This document shows positions 51,344 to 63,659 of a stretch of 64,000 bases of DNA, piece by piece. The first letter of the stretch is position 1. Each line of letters begins with the position of its first letter. Source of the stretch: Oopsacas minuta (Eukaryota > Animalia > Porifera); NCBI GenBank assembly GCA_024704765.1, contig JAKMXF010000244.1, positions 239,905-303,904 of the forward strand, given 5' to 3'. The position numbers and the translations under genes are program-made. The notes under the pieces are model-generated. The model saw nothing but the letters and a program-made list of their open reading frames with translations. It had not been told where the DNA came from and did no database searches.

Positions 51344-53567
51344 ATGTGTGCCGAATCACTAGGAATCAAGCATCAGCAACTCCAACACCTGATGATAGCT
51401 TTCCAGGGTCTTGATGCGGCCGGTCTCCAATTGCGAAAGGGTAAGTGTGAAATTGGATACCGGGAAGTCGAGTTATTAGGTCACCGGATATCAAGTACGG
51501 GCAGAAGTCCAACGCCTGATTATATCCACAAGTTAGAGAATTTCCTCACCTCACAACAGTCATGGAGTTACAAAGATTCCTAGGTACTGTTAACTACTAT
51601 CGTTTCTATATGAAGGACTTTCCTGGGATTGCTGAGCTACTATATGCTCTTCTAAAGAAAAGGAAGTGTTGGAAATGGGACAAACGATGTTGTGAAGCAT
51701 TTGAGAGGCTTCGATCACAGTTAGTGAAAGAACATGTATCTCATGCGTATCCGGACTGGTGAGCCGAGTTCTAGGTAGAAGCTGAAGCAAGTAGTAGAGG
51801 AGCAGCAGCTGTATTGTCACAGCTAGAACGGAAACTAAGAAACTTCGACCTATTCAGTTCTTTTCATCATCGCTAAGCCCAACACAGAAAAATTACTAGG
51901 CCGGAGAGATGGAGGGTGGGCATTGATGGCAACTTGCCGTAAATGGTCGATATAATTAAAGGGCGCTCCTAGTGTTGTTCCAATGACCAACCACTGTCCT
52001 CTAAAATGACTCAAATAACAGAAGGATCCGAAGCACACTCATGCACGCGGGTTAATGGAGCTCCAGGAACTACCCAACAGAAATGAGTACCGGCCAGGTA
52101 CCGAAAACCAATTTGCGGGCTACCTCAGTCGCAAACCAGGGATGGGCTTTGATGATAACATCAACCAGGAGAGGAAATTGTGCCGAGAACTTTTCGGGTG
52201 GCGAGTAAAACGGAAATCCATCCAACAATTGTGGAGGGACAGAAATTGGACCCAGTTATCGTTAATGCTGTTGCTCAGTTAGATCAGGGAGCTGGAGTTC
52301 CTACTGGACAACTGAAGAAAATTGGGGATAGGCTCACTGCTACAGGGGGAGTTTTGCTGTTTGAGAATCGGCTTGTATCCCCAAGAATCTCCAGAGCGAG
52401 GTTATTGTAATAGTTCATTCACAGCATCACCTTGGCAAGCTGCGAAAGAATTCTTTTGGTTGAATGTGGCTGACCAAGTGAGGTCCTTTTGTCGTGAGTG
52501 TTTAGTATGTCAAAGAGGTAAGCACAAAACACGAGCATGGGAGCCTGTGTGCGAAATGGATATTGGGGGAGCATCCCCGGTGAGGCAGTAGCGATGGATA
52601 TTGGGAAGCTTCCCTGGACCGACGATGAATGCTCGGGGACAGATACTTTCTATTAATGGTCGACCTTTTACACGTTATGCTGAGATCCTATCTTTAAAAG
52701 ACCAGGAAACATATACCCTACTTGATGCCTTTGAACAGGGTTGGGCATACATGGGCATGGTATGCCCAAGTTTCTTCTAATGGATAGGGAGCCAATCTTG
52801 ATGGCCAAGCATTCAGGGATTTTTACCATAAGGCAAGGATAGATAAGAAGCGGACTACAGCTTATCATCCGCAATGTGATGGCATGACGAAGAAAAATAT
52901 TTGCCTCATAAAGCAGGTCATAATATGTCTCTAGATGGACCGCCATCTGCCAAGAGGTTCCTGGTCGAATTTACTCTCGGAGGTTAGTTTTCATATGAAT
53001 GGAATGGTTATAGCATCAGCCGCCTTTCGCCACACATACTTCACTTTTGACATGAGCATCCCTTTCCAATCGACTCTTGCTGTCAGAACTTTGGAGAATT
53101 CAAGAGAAATTTGCACGGAGAGTATCTATAGACGCTCAGAAGGAAACACGAAGAACTTAAGAATTAGCTGCCGAAAATATTAAGAAGAACCTATCGAGCA
53201 CGCGGAGGAGGCAAAACAAGGGGAGGGTCGAGGCCGGAATTCGATCGGGAGACGAGGTGATGCTACGGCGTAACGCAATGGGGACTCACTGATCGAAAAG
53301 TATAAGGGAACTTTCATGTTACTAGAGAGAAGAGGGCCTAACGTCAAATTGCGCTTGTATAGGAGAGATAACTGGGTTCACATGGATAACGTCAAGAATT
53401 ATGTGGGGAGCAATCCGGAGGTGATACACATAGAAATAACTTTAGGAGGGAGAATGGTGAACACCACAAATGTGGGACGAAAGGAAAATGCTTCGACAAC
53501 TACAATAGGTCATAATCTCGTCGAGACTGATGGGATCAACTTCCAAATGGAACAGGGATTTGTATAA
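51344..53567 (+). mobile_element. Gypsy/Ty3 pol remnant (RT C-terminal part, RNase H, integrase), 5'-truncated
   Basis: GLQLRKGKCE...LLGH, LQRFLGTVNYYR, AYPDW...VEAEASS, YRPGTENQFAGYLSR, FWLNVADQVRSFCRECLVCQ, VAMDIG, VDLFTRY and TTAYHPQCDG, with many stops and frameshifts. Confidence 0.93.
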
Positions 53568-53569
53568 AC

Positions 53570-53822
53570 ATCAGGATCCCAGTCTCCGGAACCTTGTGAG
53601 GTATACTAATTCATAACATCACTCCCCCTTGATTACTGTGGAGGACATTCATCATTCTCACCATTACCCCTGGATCCCCATGTCGTATAGTCATTGAGCT
53701 ATCCAGGAGGCTTCCTACTTTTGCCAGGGTAACGACGGCAATCTACCAATTGTGTCTCCTCGATAGAACCGTCCGAGTCTTCACCTGAATTGTTGTTCCT
53801 CCCTATTGGCTGTCTTAAGTAA
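53570..53822 (-). mobile_element. Gypsy 3' end (pol tail, polypurine tract, LTR start) in inverted orientation
   Basis: Minus strand reads CRRYPGKSRKPPG*LNDY...TAA, then the PPT AAGGGGGAG (53630-53622) immediately followed by TG (53621-53620). Confidence 0.75.
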
Positions 53823-53989
53823 TGTCTGTTAGCAGGCTTAGGTTAGCTATAAGTAGTAGTAGTTACACTACGTATTAGAATGTTTGTCTAATTTATTTGC
53901 TATACCTATATAATATTTCTTCAGTATTGCTTTTGCATTCTACTCTAGTCTTGAATAGTAATGATATTCTTAGAAGAGTAAATTAACTA

Positions 53990-54200
53990 GTGGACCAGTA
54001 TATCGTTTGTTGCTTCCCGGTTCATCAGTAGGTCACTCAGTATATTACATACACTAACTTCAAGAATCCTCGCCCATAGTCCAATCCAAATTTGAAGATC
54101 TGGTACTGAAACATAACCTTTGATATTATCAACTTTCTCTATGAGTGCGTCAACACTACAATATCTAACCACCAAGCATTCTCAATTCGCATCTATACTT
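53990..54200 (-). mobile_element. Chapaev-like transposase fragment (first catalytic region), inverted
   Basis: VVRYCSVDALIEKV followed by a frameshifted GLDYGRGFLKLV, which resembles the recalled G-x-D-x-G-x-GFLK motif. Confidence 0.45.
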
Positions 54201-54439
54201 GTCTTTACTATAATCCAATTTCAGTTGGACAAACTTAAAGATATCATCGCGCATTAAATGACACTCTGCATAATATTTATCCATTGATGAACAAGGAATT
54301 ACTTATGTTATTCCCTCTAGCTGTATATTTAACATCGAATTTCCAGTGGAGTTCAAATAGAAAATATGCGAAAAGTCAATTTCATGCATTAAGAAGGTTA
54401 CTCGTAATTACATTTGTTGAAACCTTTGTCAGCAACATG

Positions 54440-55020
54440 AAAAATCTGAAAATAATCTGATATACTTGTGGTAGTGAGTGCCCCGAAAATTTTACTGATG
54501 CTATTACTATAACGATGTCAGAAGATGAGTTAGTGACTCATGAAGAATTAGTGAAGAACCATATAACATTCAGAGAAGTATTATGGAGGCTCTTCGAGCA
54601 TATGGAGGGGAATCTGAGGGAAATGCTATAAGGGATATCACAAGAAACTAAACTTGGGTTCCCAGTAAACAAGTCATCCTATAAATATTAGTCTCAAGTG
54701 TTTCATCGATGTCGTGTAATGTCGCTTAGGTAAATATGTTATTGGTGATTTGGAATCCATTGCTTTACAGTTTGAAGAAACAAATTCACTTACTCGACAT
54801 TCAGGTTCTACAAAAGTACTATACCGTGTCGCCAACTAGTTCAATTAATCAGAGAATATCTCCCAAAGTGTAAGGAGTTAAGGACTGTTTCAGAGCAAGC
54901 AACAGAATCGGCACACTCTAGGTTCCGAAAGGTTTTGGGATACAAGCTAAAAATTCAATGAAGAGCAAAAATATCCAGAATCACTTAATCAAGCTTTTTA
55001 TGAGGTAAATTTTGTCAATT
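54440..55020 (+). mobile_element. Chapaev-like transposase C-terminal fragments
   Basis: YGGESEGNA followed by VSEQATESAHSRFRK (SEQxxESxH catalytic Glu motif). Confidence 0.55.
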
Positions 55021-55531
55021 TTATAAGAACTCAAAATTGCAAGACTAATTGATGTTCATATAACGGACACTACAAGTAAATGAATATGTGTAGTATTACT
55101 ATGAATTACATTACTATAGGATTAACTAAATAAAATATTAAAATACCAAAATACAATGAGTAGTAAATATTAATAAACCACTTAGGATATTACAAGACTT
55201 TCAACATTTATGCTTAAGAACAAAATAATGTCTATGAGATTTTTTAGCTATATTTATATTAATATATCAAAACATCCTGAATCGGGATAGCAATTTTAAT
55301 GAATTGCAAAAATTTGATAAGTGGATACATGAGTAAAAATCTAGAGAGAGAAATAAATTGTTGAATTAATCTTGGATTTTCCTAAAATTTCTGATCTAGA
55401 ACATCAAAAATCTCAATGAGCAGCATACTAGTCGTGTAGATATACAGAGTCGTCATCAATGGCATAATAAACGAACAAAATGGGATATTTATTAATCCAA
55501 ATTCAGCAAGCAAAGCATAAAATAATAAAAA

Positions 55532-55569
55532 CTTCAATCATCTCAGCATTGTCGCTGAGATGATTGAAG
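55532..55569. repeat. Perfect 16-bp stem, 6-nt loop hairpin
   Basis: CTTCAATCATCTCAGC-ATTGTC-GCTGAGATGATTGAAG, extended by AAAAA/ATTTTT. Confidence 0.9.
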
Positions 55570-55659
55570 ATTTTTCTTATAGTAATTATCTTACCTAAGC
55601 TATCGGTTTGTTTGAGGAAAGTAAAATCTTCAATGAAATCCAAGAATAGGCCATCGAAT

Positions 55660-55770
55660 TAAGGATCTAAATTCCGATCCCGACCCCTGCTGAAATTATG
55701 ATCGGCGTTCCCCGTTCAGATCTTACATTCTTAAAGGATCTACGATCCGATCACAATCCAATTTATGATT
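55660..55770. repeat. GATC-rich repeat; similar stretch at about 57200-57330
   Basis: Clusters of GGATC/CGATCC/AGATC units at both loci; probably relics of one MITE family. Confidence 0.35.
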
Positions 55771-58504
55771 CTCTAATAGACAAATTCATGCTCCATCTTT
55801 TGAATTACAGTTGAGTACTTTGAATACTATCGGTGGACGTTTCGACCTTAAGATATGATATGTTTATCCATTCATCCAAACATACATGGGCGGTACATCA
55901 TTCCAAAAGTGCTACCATGATTATAGCATATTTAAGTGAACCTATGTAAGAGTTAGAGCCACTCTTTTATAAGTAATATTATCAGTAAAAGGAGTCAAAA
56001 CTTTGGTTCAGCATACTGCCGAAAACGATATTTCCTGCAGATATTGTGCAAAGAAATGTTGCAAGAAAACCGATGGGAATATATGTGAATATTACATTAT
56101 TTACAATCTAAGAAATAGATAAAATTGAAACAAGTGATATGTACAAAAATAGGTTTAAACTGTGCGTTATCATTCTAAACTCCCTTTACTGTGCCGTCTA
56201 GACTTTAGTATAGTGACCAAGTATTGAAATGGATGCCAATATTTTTTGGTTCTTTTTTCTCCGTGAAAGCCCTGCAGACAAAACTGGATAGAGTTAAGGT
56301 GATTTGTGGTGTGAGAAATATTGAAGATACTCGTCGGGTTTGCTTCTGCACTTTACTAGTCAATCGGACGAAGTGCCACTATTATCACACTGGTCAAACT
56401 TTATCTGGCCTCTAGCAAACATTATGAAAGGATAGGTGCCAAATTTCACACCTTTCGAAAGCAAAAAATTCTACAACTTCGTACTCTCCTAGAATTTTTA
56501 TATTGGTTATAGCTTTTTTGCTGAAAGTAAATGAAAATATTCACTATATAGCACTCTGTCATCGGTAAAAATTCTATTGTTCTTAGATGGTGCATACATA
56601 TTAGTTTAACAATAGGTACTTCTAGTACTGTATAAAATATGGATTCATTGAATATCTAAATTTAACGACAGTTTTAATTATTTATATTATACTTATCAAA
56701 AAATACTTTTCAAAGTAACCATGGAGAAATTAAAAGACATGTATTCTCCCGGTTATATAACCTTTGAACAATCGTAGAAGATTATTCCAAACAGCAATAG
56801 GGGGTAATTAAATACGCTGATTCCGATTTTGACACTCATGCATTGCATCGATGAAATCTTCTCCCGTATTCCCTTCCATTAATATTTTTAGGAAACTTAT
56901 AATTATTGTAAACACAATAAACATTATATGGACTGGACAATCATAGAAAATTGTGAATAAATTGTTTAATGGATTTGAAACCCCAGCGGAGCGAGTATTA
57001 AAAGTGTAAAATTACAACCTGTGGAAACTGCTTAGTCTATTACTACATTTTCAAAAAGTGGCACTATTAATTGGAGGCATTATGTGATGTTAATTTAATA
57101 GCTGCATGGATTGGATTGTGAGATTCGAGATAGTAGAACTTGTGCTCGCTAGTCAGTCTAAAGTAAAGAAAATAGCATCATATAGCACTCTTACTTGTAA
57201 CAGGATCGGATATTTTCAGGAAATTATAGATCAGATCCCGATCACGATCAAACTATTAGAAATGGATGATCCTCTTCCGATCCTGAAAAAGGATCTAGAT
57301 CCAAATAGTACGATCTTTCATCGAAAATCATAAATCTCAATGCATACGCCGAACAAATATGGCTTTAAAGGTTTTACGAATCAAGAGGTAATGTAGCTGA
57401 ATAGAGCGTGAAAATTTGTGTTTTATGTTGTCCTGAGAGGCAAAATTTCGAATTGGGTGCGGGAATTGGTAAAAAAGAGTTAAAATTTCTCGTGCTATTT
57501 GCGTTACTAAAGTACACCTCGGCAGTAATCGCTTATAGAAGAGTCATAGTGAATATTGCTGTAATGAAGCAGTCATTTTAAGCCGCATTGGGCGGAATTG
57601 ACAAAGAAAAGGATAGACTCCGGCCAGACTGAGCTAATTTTTATCTCAGAGAGCTGGGCCATCTTACTTTTTGAGGAAAATCAATCACAAATAAAATAAT
57701 AAATGACTCTTGCTTTATCAAATATATTTCAAAAAATCATGGTCGAACAAAAAGAAGTAAAAAGTTTCATTGAAATTAACCGATTTGGCGATTTGTCAAA
57801 AAGGAGGGCATTTTTCAAAGTCTGAACCACAAATGGTAGTTATATGCTAAAAGTTGATGAATATAATTCAAATTAAATACAAACAGTGTTCCAATGTCAA
57901 AAATTTGGAAAAATACATGCAGGATTCGAAAATTAAATCTATTCAGGAGCCGAGTTTTCGGTGACAAATATCAACAACAAATATATAACTAATCCCTGGG
58001 TTGGTTCTTCTGCTTCAGATCCCCCTTGAGTCTAGATCAATCTTATGGCTTATTTCTGCTCCACAGTCTTGACGAATAAACTCCAGTTCGCCTTCTGATA
58101 TTCAATTTCTTCAAAATCGTTATCATCTCGCAGAAACCATCTTTATCAAGTTCATCCAACTTCTCTGACCGTACTTTGACCCGTGTCAATGCTTCCAGCC
58201 GTGATACTATCACATCTTGTCAATGTTTAGCAATTTCATCAGTACCCGGGAATTGATTCAAGTTCATATTCATATATGTATCGATATTATGCCCTCAATA
58301 AGAGATTTCTGGTTCTGTTTCGAATAAACGAGCCTAAAATAAGGACAAAGAGGTTAGGTTTGATTGGTCTGATTCAATCAATGTCAGTGTTTTCTGGACT
58401 TTGAGAACATGAGCTAAGCGCATTTTGATACCTTCTCAACTGGTTCTGCAGGGAAGTAGTTTTCTGCTTCTGCATTATCGTAAGGTCGAACTCATAAATA
58501 TCCA

Positions 58505-59840
58505 CAGGGTGTCTCAAAAGTTTTTTCACCTTATTCATCAAGCCAGTAAATTGTATTTAATGTATAAAATCATTAGACTATTTGCCAATGTATTGACCGT
58601 TAAGTTCAATACAAGAATTACTGCGGTTTGGCATTCCATCGATTACATTCTGGAGAATCGATGGGCTAATACCACTCCAGATATTTTCCAAAATTTTCGC
58701 GAGTTGTTTTAGATTAGTAGCGGGCTTCCTCTTGTCCAGCTCTGCCTGCATAATGGCCCACAGATTTTCTATAGGATTCAAATCTGGCGAGTTACTAGGC
58801 CAGACATCTTTCGCCCAGAATCCTGGTAAATGATCAGAAAGCCCCTTCTGTGTCTTTATAGCAGTATGAGCAGGGGCTCCATACTGCATAAAAAAACTGT
58901 CGGACATCTTTCGATACAAATTCCTCTGAGTCAGGGGCCCTCTCATCTTCTTACGTTTATAGGTAGGGAGACAGCACTTATCCAGTATTTCATTGATATA
59001 ATAGTCCGCATTCACAGGTTGTTTTAGAGAGATTAGATGGAGTTCTGATAGTCCACGATGACTCATCATTCTCCAGACCACTAATCTTGGAGGATTTTTG
59101 ACCGTTTCGACTGGAGTGATATTACGCGAACTGACATCCCAAACCCGATCATTCTGTGAATTTGTAGGGTGAAAAAGCTCAAAGGGGCTTTCATCACTGA
59201 AGAAACCCGCTCCCAATCAAGTGAAGTCCAAGATTTATACTCAAGACAGAACTTGACTCTTTTAGACTTCTGTACTTCCATCAATTTAGGGTTTGATGGC
59301 CGTTTATACGCTTTAGCCCCAATAGAATAGTGTAAATATAGGTGAACAGTATCTTTACTAATAGCAACAAATTTACTTGAAATATATTTCGCCAATTTCC
59401 GAGTTGAATGCCATCGTTTGCCTATGGATTTTCGAATTATTATTTTTGGGACCCGGGAAAGTTTCGACGGACGTCCAGAACGAGGCTTGTCGTTGAGCAT
59501 TTCTCCAGCTTTTTGTTCCAATTCTTTACGGTTCGAATTGTGACTCCAAGTGTGTCAGCAACTGTTCTTTGAGTGGAACCAGCTAGTAGCATACCTATCG
59601 CTCTCTCGCGGATGGATAATCTTATCATTTTGGCATCCATAATATTGAAATTTGATAATTATACAAAGTATCGCAAAATGAATCACAAAATTAAATATTT
59701 GATACTACTTATGGTTGAGAACATTAATCAACAATAAATTGACGATGCTAAAATAAATGGGTAGGTAGTAAATGAAGTAGACTGATTTCTGTTCAAATAT
59801 ATTGAAATACTAATGGTGAAAAAACTTTTGAGACACTCTG
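58505..59840 (-). mobile_element. Tc1-like DD37E (TRT-type) transposon, full length, inactivated
   Basis: 26-bp TIRs CAGGGTGTCTCAAAAGTTTTTTCACC (25/26); TA on the right and CA on the left. Transposase 59640-58578 has two frameshifts, FSDES, FMQYGAPAH (second Asp is Tyr) and WPSNSPDLNPIEN with 37 spacing. Confidence 0.94.
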
Positions 59841-61649
59841 TATATGCTTTCCAAACGCTTTCTTTCATTTCGTCGTTTGAATCCGAAACTAGATATCAAT
59901 CTTCCAACTGGGTAGCCACCCTTACAATGATGAGGTATGCGTTCCATGGGTTCAGTGAATTACACTGCAGACGAATAGAGAGCCTATTGAAAACTCGAAG
60001 TGCTCATCTCGTTATAGTCAAATCAGCTAGAAAGGTTTAGTAGGGTTAATCGTGAGATCAGAAACTGGGCCTCATGCGTCAGCATTATTTAAGAGTTTAT
60101 AATCATTCCCCGGCGGTCTGAGTCTTCAAAAGAATAATACCAATAAATATCTGGTCGGCAACTTATATACATTTTTCATCATCCCCTCTCTTTTCAACAA
60201 GTTATCTACAATAAAGGCTTACTTTTGACATACGAAGTAAAAGTTGAAAAATAAGCAAGAGCCATCTTCCAAGGTCTCAATGTTCAATACTTGCCTCATG
60301 TGACATTCGAGTAGTACCTTTAAAACAGTTTTAGATCGAATAATGTTTGAAGTTCTATCATTACTGAAATATGCAATTAATATCAAAGCCCTTATTATTT
60401 AGGAGTTTCGTCACAATATTCAACAGTTTATCACTTGCTTCGCTTCGCAACGATAACGAGCCCCATGAAATGTGATTCTCCTGACACTTTGATTTAGACT
60501 ACGAGCTGCTTTTCCGCCGCCACGTCAGTAGTCTATTCAACCGTTATTCCAAACGCCATGCCAGACCCAAACTCTAGTAAAATACAGATTGCAGCTCTGC
60601 TCCAGCTCGGAGAAACATGCCTGGAGATTTTTACCAAATAGGCGTCACTTCAACATTGTTTTCCTTTCGAAGCCGAGGTATCTGATCAACATTAATCATT
60701 GCCACCAATCGAGAAACCCGTATGCAGATCAACTCAGCAGCTAGTTTATCTCTTTAACAACCTGCACCTTGCTTTTCTGAACCACGGACAAAAGATTAAC
60801 CTAAGTCGAATGAATGTATGCATCGTGGTCCCTGAATCATTGGTTCTTGGAGTTTCCGCTAAAGCTCTCCAATCCTTACACACCGTTGGAAACCTTGACA
60901 TCGTTCGGGACATATTTTTCAACGGATACCTAAAAAGGGATATTCTTATTGTAAGTGAAGAAAATTATAAGGAAGAATAGTGGAAGAGGAAGAGGGACAA
61001 AATATATTATTCAATGAAGTAAAAAGGAAATTTAAGAATGTCCCACGAAAATATTTGTATCAAGTATAAATGAATCAGCAAATACTAAATTAGATAAATA
61101 GAACTAGCTGAAGATATTATAAATCTATATTAATAAAACTCAATTGTTGTCTGTTTATCCGTTGTCATGGAAAGGATTTATGGTATGCAATTTTGAAATT
61201 GTCACATAACTATGTATTTATCATGATCACCAAGGAGGTAAATAAAATCTCACTAAATATATCGAACATGCTCTGATTTCAAACTTTTGGATTTATCAAT
61301 GTAATTTTATCTTCATTATGAGTTTTGTGACCAAAAGCCAGTCATAAATTGTCTCAATAAATAATTTGTGAAATAGTATAATATTCAAAATATGTGACAC
61401 TGGGGGTACGAACAATTATCAGCTATCAAAGGATATATATTGATGCGAATCTGACAAGTAGGAGCCAATAAATAATCGGTTGAAGTTGCCTTATTTGAAT
61501 TCCAAGATAAATAACACGCGGTATATGACTAGTATTTATGGCCTCAAATAATTACAAAGAACTGATTCCTCTTTGACCAACAATGAATATATGTGTAATT
61601 ATCAAGAGAATTTAGAAAAGCCCATTGAAAAGTAGATTGCTGAATATTT

Positions 61650-61900
61650 TACTTCTATTTGGAGTTAACGGATATTCAGAAAGTATACATGCAATGCAGT
61701 TGAATCAAGTTAATACGAACACCAATTGATGGTCAGCTTTTGTTCGCATTATCTGGAGTTCGAATTTACTGGAGTATTACCAATTCGACATGTATTGAAG
61801 GGGCCTGAAAGTATGCAAATATTTGTTCGTCTTATGCCGAAATTCGAAATAACAATAGTAGCGTTAACGAGATTCCACTGTATAAAGACATTTTAGATTA
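61650..61900 (+). mobile_element. Possible MULE/SWIM zinc-finger relic
   Basis: YTCNAVES...FCSHYLEFEFTGVLPIRH resembles the N..ES and C-x-C...EF..G.LPC.H motifs; heavily decayed. Confidence 0.3.
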
Positions 61901-63207
61901 ACCGCCAAATTTGATAATCCTTTGAGAGGGAATGGCTGGAAATATAGTGACTAAAATAGCTTTCATGTTCCGCGAATGAACACAAAGATTAGGGGAGCAA
62001 TATATTTAACATAGTAATATTAATAGAAATTCTCTAAATTAAACGGGAAATATACCTAGTGGCGATGTTTAAGTATTCACTAGTGGCAACATCATACAAA
62101 ATAGATGTCATATATACGATAGAATCCAAATAGTTGATAGAAAATGCATTAATGATTATCATAAAATGCTCGAGTAATAATCAAAATGAACAAACATTGG
62201 GGGGAGTGGAAAGCGTGGTAGGTCCAGGTGTTCGAAATTCAAAAAATGAGTATTATAAGCGGGGGACCGATATTCGTAACCCTAGAATATATATCTAGGC
62301 CGAAATATATACTGAATTTTGCATAACGAGAGTCTATCAATATCGGACCTCAAAAAAAAATACTTTACATCGTCCAATGAAGTAAATATAAATACAGTTA
62401 ACATCCCGTAACTCAATGCTCAAAAGAAATAGGCTTGAGATAATTAATGTTGAGTCAACTGACATTTTAGGTCCCGGATTTTGACAGTAAAAATTCAACA
62501 GCAAATTTAAGGATTCATGGGCTGTGACATCTATTTCGTTATGCTATTTTTAAACCCACCAAATAATGACAACAACCATATTCATTAAAGATAAATATAT
62601 TTAATTTAAGCTGGATATCTGGTATATACAATAATACAGTTGCTTTGGAGGAAGAAGAAGAATAGTAAAGCAGTATACGGTCATTCGTTAATAATTCAAG
62701 CAGAGATACATTGATCACTAAAATCGAACAAGATTCAAAACAATAAACGTAACTTCTTATCACATTAGACTTAATGCTATCTAAAGCTCGAAATCGGGTA
62801 GTAAATGTGACCGTCGAGACGAAGGATTTTTTGGCTATTTACTAAAATAATGCTCAATTAATGCTAAGTTACTCTTTAATGGGCAGGAAAATATTTGGGG
62901 GACAATTGCCAAGCTTCGCTAGCCTGTAGTTACCAGCCCAGGATGGACTATTGTGAAGCCAACGGTACAAAGATATTTTATCAGACTAGATATATTACGA
63001 GTTTAAACGAAAGAGCTTCATATTGGGATAAATGTATTGTGACCAAGGCAGAAAACATGATGTTGATTTCAAGTGGGAAAATATTAAGTGATTGTGACAG
63101 AATAAGAAATAATACTAGGGAAGGGAATAATGATTGAATAATTATAATACAATCAATATAACAGAAATAGGGGAACACAATTACGAATTATATTGTACAT
63201 GAAATAC

Positions 63208-63659
63208 CTCATAATTGTTTCCATCAGAACCTTTTCATATTCTTGAAAAATATCGAATTTCTCATTAACAGAATGTTTTACAAAAAATGGAAGTAGATCT
63301 GAAGAAGCAATAGTTGGACTGGATACATTTAATAAGACGGGAGGATTCAAAACATCATCAGTTTTAACAGATTTCAGATTCTTAATAACATAATTTAATA
63401 TTTCAAGGCAGAAATCAAGAAAGGTAGTGTCATGAGATAATATATCAGCAGTAATATACCACGCAGCTTTAGTATTAACGGATTCAGGTTGTAGGGACTT
63501 TCCAAATTTCTTTTCACGAATTAACAATATACTTAAAAATCTGAAGATGATCAGGGTCACTTCATTCTCATTGGATCGAGTAATCAAACCACTAATATCT
63601 TCCCTATGAAAAGTAGGAAACAAATGATTATGAACTATATCCAAAAAATATATATGAAT
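63208..63659 (-). CDS. UBR4: UBR4 coding exon A (5'-most in window; acceptor ambiguous, exon starts at 63659 or 63634)
   Basis: ORF ...RSNENEVTLIIFRFLSILL...FLDFCLEILNY...DLLPFFVKH...DIFQEYEKVLMETIMR resembles the recalled UBR4 segment (NEVHLVVMRLLS...DYCLHVLK...DMSPFFLRQY...DVFEAYTQLLTEMVLR). Donor ATG AG|GTATTT at 63208/63207 (phase 2) joins in frame to the exon at 48727. Confidence 0.85.

Noticed and set aside
57980-61000. Coding-like stretches flanking the DD37E element (57980-58500, 59860-61000)
   Set aside because: Every frame has multiple stops and no motif was recognised. These are probably an old unidentified element.
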